From a bacterium (GTDB taxonomy: Bacteria > Zhuqueibacterota > Zhuqueibacteria > Residuimicrobiales > Residuimicrobiaceae): DNA of 64,000 bases. The DNA is taken from assembly GCA_029554865.1 (NCBI GenBank), contig JAKPUX010000233.1:23003-87002 (forward strand), written 5' to 3'. Made by a program: the position numbers and the translations under genes. Under the pieces are notes generated by a model. That model was not told the DNA's origin. It ran no database searches and saw only the letters and a list, made by a program, of their open reading frames with translations. How positions within the stretch are numbered: the first letter of the stretch is position 1; every line of letters starts with the position of its first letter. This document shows positions 47,477 through 56,123 of the stretch, piece by piece.

Positions 47477-47502
47477 AGTTACAGAAGAAATTTTCTGTAA
47501 CT
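47477..47502. promoter_or_regulatory. perfect 10-bp inverted repeat (operator or leader hairpin) upstream of glgC
   Basis: AGTTACAGAA (47477-47486), a 6-nt spacer, then TTCTGTAACT (47493-47502). It overlaps the putative -10 and start site of the glgC promoter. Confidence 0.6.
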
Positions 47503-47527
47503 TACACATTTGCCATCTCAATGTCAA
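47499..47527 (-). promoter_or_regulatory. sigma70-type promoter for glgC
   Basis: Minus strand reads TTGACA (47527-47522), 17 nt, TAAGTT (47504-47499). Confidence 0.45.
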
Positions 47528-47627
47528 TATCTACTTGAAACGGCGCGGCCGCGGTGACGGAATCCGGCGCCCGCCGCCCCCAGTCTTCCCGCATCGCGGG
47601 TGCACAGCCGCGGCGAGCAAAAAAAGG

Positions 47628-47656
47628 TTGAATGAATGGCAACGACTCGTTATATT
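47628..47656 (+). promoter_or_regulatory. sigma70-type promoter for the GT2-to-RtcB gene string
   Basis: TTGAAT (47628-47633), 17 nt, TATATT (47651-47656). AAGGAG RBS precedes ATG 47713. Confidence 0.5.
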
Positions 47657-47712
47657 AGACTTGGAAATGTCAAACCGCCCAACGGCCATCGCCTCCATTA
47701 AAGGAGTACCCT

Positions 47713-49296
47713 ATGACCACCAAACTTTCCATTCTCTTTTACGCTTATCCGCAGCTGCCCTATGAAACCGAGTCCTTTGAAAAAATGCTCGCCTCCCTGC
47801 AGAACCAGTATGATCACAATTTTGAGGTGCTCCTTTTCGGCGACAACGACCAGGTGCGCAAACGCGCGGAAAAGGCCGGCTATATCTTCATCCCAACCGA
47901 CCTCGATCACAAGGCCAAGGCCCTGAACAGCGCCCTGCGTCAGGCCAGGGGGGAGTATGTGCTGATCTGCAACAACGCGGCCAATGCCCTGGAATTCAAG
48001 CGCTCCGCCACCAGGTTCTACGCGATGGCGATGGACCGCCATCCGGAGACCAGCATGCTTTATACAGACTATGACCTGATCGACAAGGGGGTGCGCAAGG
48101 AACGCAAACTGCTGGAATGGCACAACGGTCGTCTCACCGAGGCCTGGGATACCGGTTATTGTCTGCTCTTCAGCCGCGCCTTTCTGGAGAGGGTTGGCTT
48201 TTGCGACGAACACTACAGATTCAATCCCCTCAACGATCTCCGCTTCAAGGCGATGGAGACCGGCCGGATCATGCACATCTCCAACCGCTTCAACGGCGTC
48301 CCCTATCTGGCCTATGCCGCAGCTCAGGGGCTGGATGTCTTCGCCTATCTCAAAGCGGGCAAGGAGGTGCAGATCGAGAATGAGGTGATCGTCACCGAGC
48401 ATCTTAAACGCATCAAGGCCTATCTGGCCCCGGGCCAGAACTATCACCATGTCACCTACACCCCCGAGGAGGAGGAGTCCTTCAAGGCCGGTATCGCCTC
48501 AGTGGTGATCCCGGTCTTCAACCGTCCCGAGTTCATCGGCCCGGCGATCGAATCGGTGCAGGCCCAGACCGTACAGAATATCGAGATTGTCGTCGTCTGC
48601 AATGGCGGCGATGACGATCCGACCGTCCCGGAGGTTCGGCGCTACATGGCCGGCGGTGACAAGTATGACTCTCACAAGCCCCCGGTGCGCCTGATCATCC
48701 ACGATATGAACATCCTCGGGCTCTGCTTCAACGATGCCCTGCAAACCTCCCGGGCCAAGTATTACATGCAGCTCGATTCAGACGATCTGCTCTTTCCGGA
48801 GGCGGTCGAAAAGATCCTCAAGGTCTATGCGGAGGATGACCGCATCGGCATGGTGATCGGCTCCTATCAGGTCTATGAAAAGAAGGCGGATGGCCGGGTG
48901 GAGCCGGTCCTCAATGCAGAGGGCAAGCCCTTCATCGTCACTCATGACGAGTGGACCGAGGAAAATGGACGCAACAATCTGCTGCGCATCGGCGGCGCCG
49001 GCGCCCCGCGTTCGATCAAAATCAAGGTTCTGCAAGAGCTGGGCTGGTTCGGGATGAACGACTCCCCTTATTCCCGGAATTACGGGGAGGATTACGAGCT
49101 GGTGAACAAGTGCGCCGAGCGCTACCGCATCGGCCGTGTCTGGGATCCGATTTACAAGGTGGTCCGCCACGCCGGAGGGACCGACCATATGATCGACCAG
49201 GTCACCATCGACGTCAATGAAAACGCCAAAGATCACATGCGCCTGGTGGCCCTGCGGCGCCGGCAAAAAATTAACGGCATCGAACCGACGGCTTGA
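47713..49296 (+). CDS. two-domain GT2 glycosyltransferase
   Basis: Two GT-A modules: LSILFYAYPQ...SLQNQ at the N-terminus and ASVVIPVFNRPEFIGPAIESVQAQT...QLDSDD in the second half. Confidence 0.7.
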   Translation: MTTKLSILFYAYPQLPYETESFEKMLASLQNQYDHNFEVLLFGDNDQVRKRAEKAGYIFIPTDLDHKAKALNSALRQARGEYVLICNNAANALEFKRSATRFYAMAMDRHPETSMLYTDYDLIDKGVRKERKLLEWHNGRLTEAWDTGYCLLFSRAFLERVGFCDEHYRFNPLNDLRFKAMETGRIMHISNRFNGVPYLAYAAAQGLDVFAYLKAGKEVQIENEVIVTEHLKRIKAYLAPGQNYHHVTYTPEEEESFKAGIASVVIPVFNRPEFIGPAIESVQAQTVQNIEIVVVCNGGDDDPTVPEVRRYMAGGDKYDSHKPPVRLIIHDMNILGLCFNDALQTSRAKYYMQLDSDDLLFPEAVEKILKVYAEDDRIGMVIGSYQVYEKKADGRVEPVLNAEGKPFIVTHDEWTEENGRNNLLRIGGAGAPRSIKIKVLQELGWFGMNDSPYSRNYGEDYELVNKCAERYRIGRVWDPIYKVVRHAGGTDHMIDQVTIDVNENAKDHMRLVALRRRQKINGIEPTA

Positions 49297-49311
49297 TCGA
49301 GGGGGAGGCCC

Positions 49312-50676
49312 ATGCCCGAGCTTAAAAATTTGATGATATCGGTCTCCGGGGTCCGCGGCATCATCGGCGACGGCCTGACGCCGGAGGTCGCTCTGCACTT
49401 CGCCCAGGCTTATGGCAGCCAATTCGGTCCCGGCCGCATCGTTGTCGGTCGCGATTCGCGGGTGACCGGGGAGCTGGTGAAATATGCGGTCTGGGCGGGG
49501 CTGCTCTCCACTGGCTGTGATGTGGTCGACATCGGCATGGCAACCACGCCGACCACCGCCATGGCCACAGAGAGGGCTGAAAACGCCGGCGGCATCATCA
49601 TCACCGCCAGCCACAATCCCCGCGAATGGAACGCCCTCAAACTGCTGGCCCGTGACGGCCTCTTCCTGAGTCCGGAAGCGGGGGCAGAGATCCTCGAGCG
49701 GGTCAGGCAGCAGGATTTCCGCTTTGTAGCGTGGGACAAGGTGGGCAGGGTCATCCCCCATCCTGCCGCAGCCAAGGAGCATCTCGATGCGGTCGCCGGG
49801 CTGGAGCTGGTCGATGTCGATTTGATCCGTAAACGCCGTTTCAGGGTTGTCGCAGATCCCTGCAATGGCGCGGGCGGAACGATACTGCCGCAGCTGTTCG
49901 ACCGCCTCGGGTGTGAGGCCTTCTTCCTCAACCTCGAACCCCACGGGCGCTTTCCGCGCAGCCCTGAACCCCTCGCCGCCAACCTCGGTGAACTCTGCGC
50001 CGCAGTGACCGCTCACGGCGCCGACCTCGGCATCGCCGTCGATCCGGATGTGGATCGCCTCGCCCTGGTCTCCAACAGGGGGATTCCCCTCGGCGAGGAG
50101 TACACCCTCGGGCTGGCTACCGACTTTGTCCTTTCCCACACCCCGGGCGAGGTGGCTGTCAACGCCTCCACCTCCCTGGTGATCGACGATATCGCCGCCC
50201 GTTACGGCAGCCGGGTCCACCGCACCCCTGTCGGCGAGATCCATGTCGCCACCAAGGCCCGGACAACCGGCGCAGTCATCGCCGGCGAAGGCAACGGCGG
50301 GGTGATCTATCCGGCCCTCCACCTCGGCCGCGACGCCATCGTCGGCATCGCCCTGGTCTTGCAATCGCTGGCGGAGAAGGAGAAATCACTCGCCGAACTT
50401 CAGTCCGACTTGCCGCAGTATGTCATGGTCAAGGACAAGATCGCCCTCCCCTTCGACGCCGACGCCAAGGCCATGGTGGCCCGCCTGATCCAGAAACACG
50501 CCGGCGACAAGGTCGACTTGACCGATGGTCTCAAATTTCTCTACGATCACGCCTGGGTCCACATCCGGGCCTCCAACACCGAACCGATCATCCGCGTCAT
50601 CGCCGAGGCCCGCAGCGAAGAAGAGGCGCGCCGGCGCGTGGACGCCCTCAAACAGGAATTCGCCAGTTTGCAGTGA
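49312..50676 (+). CDS. alpha-D-phosphohexomutase (phosphoglucosamine mutase / phosphomannomutase type)
   Basis: Phosphoserine loop TASHNPREWNALK, metal loop GIAVDPDVDRL, about 450 aa. Confidence 0.82.
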   Translation: MPELKNLMISVSGVRGIIGDGLTPEVALHFAQAYGSQFGPGRIVVGRDSRVTGELVKYAVWAGLLSTGCDVVDIGMATTPTTAMATERAENAGGIIITASHNPREWNALKLLARDGLFLSPEAGAEILERVRQQDFRFVAWDKVGRVIPHPAAAKEHLDAVAGLELVDVDLIRKRRFRVVADPCNGAGGTILPQLFDRLGCEAFFLNLEPHGRFPRSPEPLAANLGELCAAVTAHGADLGIAVDPDVDRLALVSNRGIPLGEEYTLGLATDFVLSHTPGEVAVNASTSLVIDDIAARYGSRVHRTPVGEIHVATKARTTGAVIAGEGNGGVIYPALHLGRDAIVGIALVLQSLAEKEKSLAELQSDLPQYVMVKDKIALPFDADAKAMVARLIQKHAGDKVDLTDGLKFLYDHAWVHIRASNTEPIIRVIAEARSEEEARRRVDALKQEFASLQ

Positions 50677-50698
50677 TAGAAGAAAACGAGAGGTTATT

Positions 50699-53092
50699 AT
50701 GGCCGATTTTGAAAAGCTTGGGATGTTTTATCTCGGCAAGGAATATGACACGGAGAAGAAGCAGCTTCTCGACAGCCACACCCTGTACGACTCCAAGGAC
50801 CTGGTCACGCACGGCGTCTGCATCGGCATGACCGGCAGCGGCAAGACCGGTCTCTGCATCTCCCTGCTGGAAGAGGCCGCCATCGACAATATCCCGGCCC
50901 TGATCGTTGATCCCAAGGGGGACATGACCAATCTCCTCCTCACCTTTCCCGGACTCTCGGCGGCCGAATTCGCTCCCTGGATCAACGAGGACGATGCCCG
51001 CCGTGAGAATAAAACCCCCGAGGAATATGCCACCGGCCAGGCGGAACTCTGGAAAAAGGGGTTGGAACAGTGGGGCGAAGATGGCGCACGCATTCAGCGC
51101 CTCCGTGACGCCGCCAATTTCACCATCTTCACTCCCGGCAGCACCGCCGGCGTCCCGATCTCTATCCTGAGCAGTTTCGCCTGCCCTTCGGAGGAGACCA
51201 TGCTCGACCGCGAAGCGGTCGGCGATCTCATCTCCTCCACCGTGACCAGTTTGCTCGGCCTTATCGGCATCGCTGCGGATCCGGTCAAAAGCCGGGAGCA
51301 CATTCTACTCTCCAACATTATCGATCACTCCTGGCAGCAGGGCAAGGAGCTAGACCTGGCCGGCCTGATCACCGCCATTCAAAATCCCCCATTCGAGAGG
51401 GTCGGCGCCTTTGCCGTGGATGCCTTTTATCCCGCCAAGGAGCGTTTTGAACTCGCCATCAGCCTCAACAACCTCCTCGCCGCACCGGGCTTTTCCACCT
51501 GGTTGAGCGGCGAGCCCTTGGACATCAGCCGCCTGCTCTATACCGAGAGCGGCAAGCCGCGCCACTCGATCTTTTACATCGCCCACCTCAGCGATTCCGA
51601 GCGGATGTTCTTCGTCACCCTGCTCTTTAACCAGATGGTGTCGTGGATGCGCAGCCAGCCCGGCACCACCAGCCTGCGCGCCCTCCTCTACATGGACGAA
51701 GTGGCCGGCTACCTGCCGCCAGTGGCGGCGCCCCCGTCCAAAAAGCCGCTGATGATCATGCTTAAACAGGCCCGCGCCTTCGGCGTCGGGGTCCTCCTGG
51801 CCACGCAGAACCCGGTCGACCTCGATTACAAGGCTCTTTCCAATACCGGCACCTGGTTCATCGGCCGTCTGCAGACCCAGCAGGATATCGAAAAGGTGGT
51901 GGAGGGGCTGCGCTCCGGCGCCGGCGACCTCGATCCCCGCATCACCCGCGCCCTCTCCGCCCTGGGCAAGCGGGTCTTTCTGATGAAAAACATCCACGAG
52001 AGCGATCCGGTCATTTTTCAGACGCGCTGGGCCCTCTCCTATCTGCGCGGACCCCTGACCCTCGCCCAGATCAAAAAACTGCCGGCGCCCGCCAGCACAG
52101 CCCAGGCCCGGGCGGCCGTCAACCAGAAGGCTGCTGGCTTCGGGACCGATGCCGAAGGAAGGCCGGCGCTGCCGCCTCAGATCCCGGAGTATTTCGCCCC
52201 CCTGCGGGGCGCCCTCAGGCCGGAGGCCACCCTGCTCTACAGACCGGGGGTGCTCGGACTTGCCGACGTCGCCTTTGTGCCGGGCGAATCCCAACGCTTC
52301 GGACGCATCGCCTGGCTCGAGGAGGGCCCGATGCCGGTCGATTGGGAACAGGCCGTCGAAGCCCCCTTCTCCGAGGACGATCTCGAAAGGAATCCCGAAG
52401 AAAACGGCGCTTTTGCCAAACTCGCCGCTCCGGCCTCCCGGCCCGAGAGCTACCCCGCCTGGGCTAAAAGCTTCGCCGATGCCATCTATCGCACCTCCAA
52501 GCTGGAACTCTACACCAGCACCTCGCTCAAGTTAACCTCCCAACCGGGCGAGTCAGAGCGCGATTTTCGCATCCGCATCAGTCAGCTTGCCCGGGAAAAA
52601 CGCGATGACGCTATCGACCAGCTGCGCAAGCGCTATGCCACCAAGTCGGCGACACTGCAGGACCGCAAAATGCGCGCAGAACAAAAGGTGGCCAAAGAGA
52701 AGAACGATTATCACTCCCAGACCATGTCGACCGCGGTATCGGTGGGGGCGACCATCCTCGGCGCCTTCTTCGGCCGCAAAAAGCTCTCCGCCACCACCCT
52801 GAACAAGGCGGGTACGGTCATCCGCAAGGGCATGCGTACAACCCAGGAACGCAGCGATATCCAGAACGCCGAGGAGAGCCTTGAGGTCATCAACCAGCGC
52901 CTGGCGGATCTGGAACAAGAGCTCAATCAGGAGATCGCCCGCATCGAGGAACAGACCGATCCCATGCAGCAGCCCCTCGAGGTGGTGGCCATGCGTCCGA
53001 AAAAGGGTGATATCAACGTCCGTCTCACCGCCTTGATCTGGCTGCCCTATTGGCAGACAAACGATGGCAAGAGGGAGCCCTCTTACCTGTAG
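50699..53092 (+). CDS. HerA/FtsK-superfamily (DUF87/DUF853-like) P-loop ATPase with C-terminal coiled-coil extension
   Basis: Walker A GMTGSGKTG followed by PALIVDPKGDM, Walker B ALLYMDEVAGY, and the LLATQNPVDLD sensor region. The C-terminal 180 aa or so has heptad-like charged repeats around a Gly-rich hydrophobic stretch. Start is ATG 50699 after GAGAGG; the ORF-track 5' extension overlaps the mutase gene. Confidence 0.65.
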   Translation: MADFEKLGMFYLGKEYDTEKKQLLDSHTLYDSKDLVTHGVCIGMTGSGKTGLCISLLEEAAIDNIPALIVDPKGDMTNLLLTFPGLSAAEFAPWINEDDARRENKTPEEYATGQAELWKKGLEQWGEDGARIQRLRDAANFTIFTPGSTAGVPISILSSFACPSEETMLDREAVGDLISSTVTSLLGLIGIAADPVKSREHILLSNIIDHSWQQGKELDLAGLITAIQNPPFERVGAFAVDAFYPAKERFELAISLNNLLAAPGFSTWLSGEPLDISRLLYTESGKPRHSIFYIAHLSDSERMFFVTLLFNQMVSWMRSQPGTTSLRALLYMDEVAGYLPPVAAPPSKKPLMIMLKQARAFGVGVLLATQNPVDLDYKALSNTGTWFIGRLQTQQDIEKVVEGLRSGAGDLDPRITRALSALGKRVFLMKNIHESDPVIFQTRWALSYLRGPLTLAQIKKLPAPASTAQARAAVNQKAAGFGTDAEGRPALPPQIPEYFAPLRGALRPEATLLYRPGVLGLADVAFVPGESQRFGRIAWLEEGPMPVDWEQAVEAPFSEDDLERNPEENGAFAKLAAPASRPESYPAWAKSFADAIYRTSKLELYTSTSLKLTSQPGESERDFRIRISQLAREKRDDAIDQLRKRYATKSATLQDRKMRAEQKVAKEKNDYHSQTMSTAVSVGATILGAFFGRKKLSATTLNKAGTVIRKGMRTTQERSDIQNAEESLEVINQRLADLEQELNQEIARIEEQTDPMQQPLEVVAMRPKKGDINVRLTALIWLPYWQTNDGKREPSYL

Positions 53093-53147
53093 AGAAACGG
53101 CGCCAGCGGCACTGGCCGGGCCGCCCTCTCTCAAGGAAGGAAAGACC

Positions 53148-53591
53148 ATGCAGAATATCAAAGATCTCTCCGGGATGACCTACAAAATCATCGACCACAC
53201 CGCCGACGTCGGACTCGAACTGGAGGCCGCGACCCTGTCCGGGCTCTTTACCGCTGCGGCGGATGGTCTGATGCATATCATCTGCCCCCGATGCCTTATT
53301 CAGCCCGTCCAGAGCCATGCCCTGCAGGTTTGCGGAGAAAACCTTGAAGAACTGCTGGTCAACTGGCTCTCCGAGTTGAACTACCTTTGCCAGGTGCAGC
53401 ACTTTCTCACCGCCAGGGTTCAGATCAGGGAGATCCAGGAGCGCTTTCTGCAGGCCGAAGTGACAGGCGAGAGAAGCGACCCCCTCCGTCACGCTGTGCG
53501 CAGTGAGATCAAGGCCGTAACCTACCACCGGATCGAGGTTCATCAGGAGGCGGCGGATAAGTGGCGTGGCCGCATCTACTTCGATATCTGA
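53148..53591 (+). CDS. archease (RtcB activator)
   Basis: YKIIDHTADVGLE N-terminal signature and C-terminal IKAVTYHRIEV; about 147 aa. RBS AAGGAAGG. Confidence 0.85.
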   Translation: MQNIKDLSGMTYKIIDHTADVGLELEAATLSGLFTAAADGLMHIICPRCLIQPVQSHALQVCGENLEELLVNWLSELNYLCQVQHFLTARVQIREIQERFLQAEVTGERSDPLRHAVRSEIKAVTYHRIEVHQEAADKWRGRIYFDI

Positions 53592-53634
53592 GCGCAGACA
53601 TACCCGGCCGCTCCGTCACAACAGGAGCGTAACC

Positions 53635-55074
53635 ATGTCAACCCCCATTGATCGCATCACCGATTATCTCTTCGAAATCCCCCAAACCGGCAAGATGCGG
53701 GTCCCCGCCCGCATCTATGCCACCGCAAACATGCTCCCCGATATCCTCAAGGACCGCGCCGCCGAACAGGCCGCCCAGGTCGCCTGGCTGCCGGGCATCG
53801 TGGGCTATTCCTATGCCATGCCCGACGTCCATTGGGGCTACGGCTTTCCCATCGGCGGCGTCGCCGCCTTTGATATGGATAAGGGGATCATCTCCCCCGG
53901 CGGGGTGGGCTACGACATTAACTGCGGCGTCCGCCTGCTGCGAACCGGCCTCCAGCGCAGCGAGATCGAATCGCGGCTGCGGCCGGCTGTGGAAGCCCTC
54001 TTCCGTGCCATCCCGAGCGGAGTGGGATCCACCGGCAAGCTGAAGCTGAACGAGAAGGAGGAAAAACGGGTCCTGGAAAATGGCGCACTCTGGGCTGTGC
54101 GAAATGGCTACGGCGGCGAGGAGGATCTGGACAAGATCGAGGAAAACGGGAGGATGGCCGGAGCCGACCCGGACCAGATCAGCGCACGAGCACGCGAAAG
54201 GGGGCGCAGCCAGCTCGGGACCCTGGGTTCGGGCAACCATTTTATCGAACTGGGGGTGGTCGATGAGATCTATGATCCCCGGGCCGCGGCGGCCATGGGA
54301 CTAAGGCTTGACCAAATCACCCTCTTCATCCATACCGGCTCGCGCGGCCTCGGCCATCAGGTCTGCGATGATGCCATCAAGGAGATGCTGCATGCCGCGC
54401 AGAAATACGGCATCGAGCTGCCGGACCGGCAGCTTTGCTGTGCGCCTATCTCCTCACCTGAAGGCCAGCGCTACCTGGCGGCGATGTCCGCCGCAGTCAA
54501 TTTCGCCTTTGCCAACCGCCAGATGATCACCCATTGGGCGCGTGAAGCCCTGATGCAGGCCTGGAGCATCTCTCCGCGCGACCTGGACCTGCAGGTCGTT
54601 TACGAGGTCGCGCATAACATCGCCAAGGTCGAAAGGCACACCGTCGCCGGTGTCGAGCGCCCCCTTTGCGTCCACCGCAAGGGGGCGACCCGGGCCTTCG
54701 GTCCCCATCATCCCGAAATCCCTGCAGCCTATCGGGAGATCGGCCAGCCTGTGCTCATCCCCGGGGATATGGGGCGCTGCTCCTATCTGCTGACCGGTAC
54801 AACCAGGGCGATGAGTGACAGCTTTGGATCAGCCTGCCACGGCGCTGGCCGGGTGATGAGCCGAACCCAGGCGGTCAAATCGGCACGGGGGCGTTCGGTG
54901 GTGCGCGAGCTGGCGGAGCGCGGCATCCTGGTCCGCGCCGAAAGCAGTGAAACCATCGCCGAAGAGATTCCCGAAGCCTACAAGAACGTCACTCAGGTAG
55001 TCGACGCCGTCGCCGGCGCCGGCCTGGCCTGCAAGGTGGCTAAATTAAAACCCCTGGGCGTCATCAAGGGCTGA
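53635..55074 (+). CDS. rtcB: RNA 3'-phosphate ligase RtcB
   Basis: DVHWGYGFPIGG, GYDINCG, GSGNHFIE, HTGSRGLGHQ and CHGAGR motifs; about 479 aa. Start is ATG 53635 after AGGAGCG. Confidence 0.95.
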   Translation: MSTPIDRITDYLFEIPQTGKMRVPARIYATANMLPDILKDRAAEQAAQVAWLPGIVGYSYAMPDVHWGYGFPIGGVAAFDMDKGIISPGGVGYDINCGVRLLRTGLQRSEIESRLRPAVEALFRAIPSGVGSTGKLKLNEKEEKRVLENGALWAVRNGYGGEEDLDKIEENGRMAGADPDQISARARERGRSQLGTLGSGNHFIELGVVDEIYDPRAAAAMGLRLDQITLFIHTGSRGLGHQVCDDAIKEMLHAAQKYGIELPDRQLCCAPISSPEGQRYLAAMSAAVNFAFANRQMITHWAREALMQAWSISPRDLDLQVVYEVAHNIAKVERHTVAGVERPLCVHRKGATRAFGPHHPEIPAAYREIGQPVLIPGDMGRCSYLLTGTTRAMSDSFGSACHGAGRVMSRTQAVKSARGRSVVRELAERGILVRAESSETIAEEIPEAYKNVTQVVDAVAGAGLACKVAKLKPLGVIKG

Positions 55075-55215
55075 TGCGTTCAGGGCGGAAAGAGCACGGA
55101 GGGATTGGGTGCGCAGCGTCAGAAGCAGGTGGAAACGAGATTTCGGGGGAGGGGAGACAGCGCCAGATGTCAGATGGGAACCAGCTTTCGGGGTACTCCC
55201 TGGCGGAAATAGCTG

Positions 55216-55244
55216 TTGACTTTTAATGTACAGCATTTTATATT
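55216..55244 (+). promoter_or_regulatory. near-consensus sigma70-type promoter in an AT-rich island
   Basis: TTGACT (55216-55221), 17 nt, TATATT (55239-55244). The next ORF start is about 265 nt downstream. Confidence 0.5.
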
Positions 55245-55514
55245 TTAACACACCCCGTTGTTATCGCCGTGGCTCGTATAATCTTGCAGTTCCGGCTTGC
55301 GGCCGATTCTATATATTATCTTCTCACTTGTGTCAGGCAGAACGAAAGATCTTGGGTAAGCCTGAATTCCTCAAAATTCCAGTAGACCCGTCGGTACAAT
55401 CCATATCGAACACTTTTCCATTCCTCGCCACCGCGCCTTCCCGCTCTGTCCGCGCCGCCAGGTGAAGAGGAAGCCAGCGGCTGTATCCCGCAAGCTGCAC
55501 AAGGAGTCTTGAGC

Positions 55515-56024
55515 ATGGCCTTTCCATCTTCAACTGCTAGCCCCCTGCAGTCCCTCACGGACAAGATCGGCGGATTTTGCGGATATGAAAAATCCGCCAC
55601 CAGGGAACCATCCGATCTCAACCTGCGCCGCTTCCTCATCGCCGGAATCGATGCCCGCCTGAAGGATCTCGAGGAGATCCCGTCGGCCGCGATCGAGGAG
55701 GATCAGCGTCTCCTCCTGGAGGTCACCAAAAGCACCCGGCGCAAGCTCATCACCATCAGCGAAAGCCTGAGCGCCCCCACCTACGCCGGTCAGGACTTTT
55801 TCACCCGGGACCACATTGCTGAAAAGAGAGTGGCTGGCCTTTACACCCTCGAAAAGTCCATGCTTGACGAACTTGCCGACATCCAGCTTGAACTCGCGGC
55901 CTTTCAGGCCGGTCCCATCGACAAGATCACGATCGAAGACCATTTTCTCCATATCTCCGATTCGATCGATAATCTGAACCAGGCCCTTTTTGAACGTGAG
56001 TGCCTGATTCTTGGCGATCAGTAG
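55515..56024 (+). CDS. hypothetical protein (predicted helical)
   Basis: About 169 aa from ATG 55515, which lies 8 nt after AAGGAG (ORF-track start is TTG 55509). No motif recognised. Confidence 0.5.
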   Translation: MAFPSSTASPLQSLTDKIGGFCGYEKSATREPSDLNLRRFLIAGIDARLKDLEEIPSAAIEEDQRLLLEVTKSTRRKLITISESLSAPTYAGQDFFTRDHIAEKRVAGLYTLEKSMLDELADIQLELAAFQAGPIDKITIEDHFLHISDSIDNLNQALFERECLILGDQ

Positions 56025-56123
56025 TTCGTGTAAAGTTAATCCCGCGGCCGATGAGCAGGCTAGGCCGGAACGCAGAAGGATTTCAGGGGATCGGCATCAG
56101 CAGGGGGTGCGGATCAGGAGCGT

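Noticed and set aside
55201-55215. TGGCGGAAATAGCTG, which resembles a sigma54 -24/-12 element upstream of the AT-rich island.
   Set aside because: The GC dinucleotide is 2 nt too close to the GG (GG-N8-GC instead of GG-N10-GC) and there is no TTGC.
55226-55465. 79-aa ORF in the AT-rich island, and the antisense ORFs 55316..55639 and 55333..55533.
   Set aside because: The ATG lies inside the spacer of the only good promoter, there is no RBS, and the peptide has no motifs. The region is treated as non-coding.
55075-55514. The idea that the region after rtcB encodes a Y-RNA-like RNA.
   Set aside because: No Rsr/Ro60 gene is in the window, and I could not find a tRNA-like T-arm or the conserved Ro-binding helix by eye. 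It is kept only as a generic ncRNA or leader candidate.
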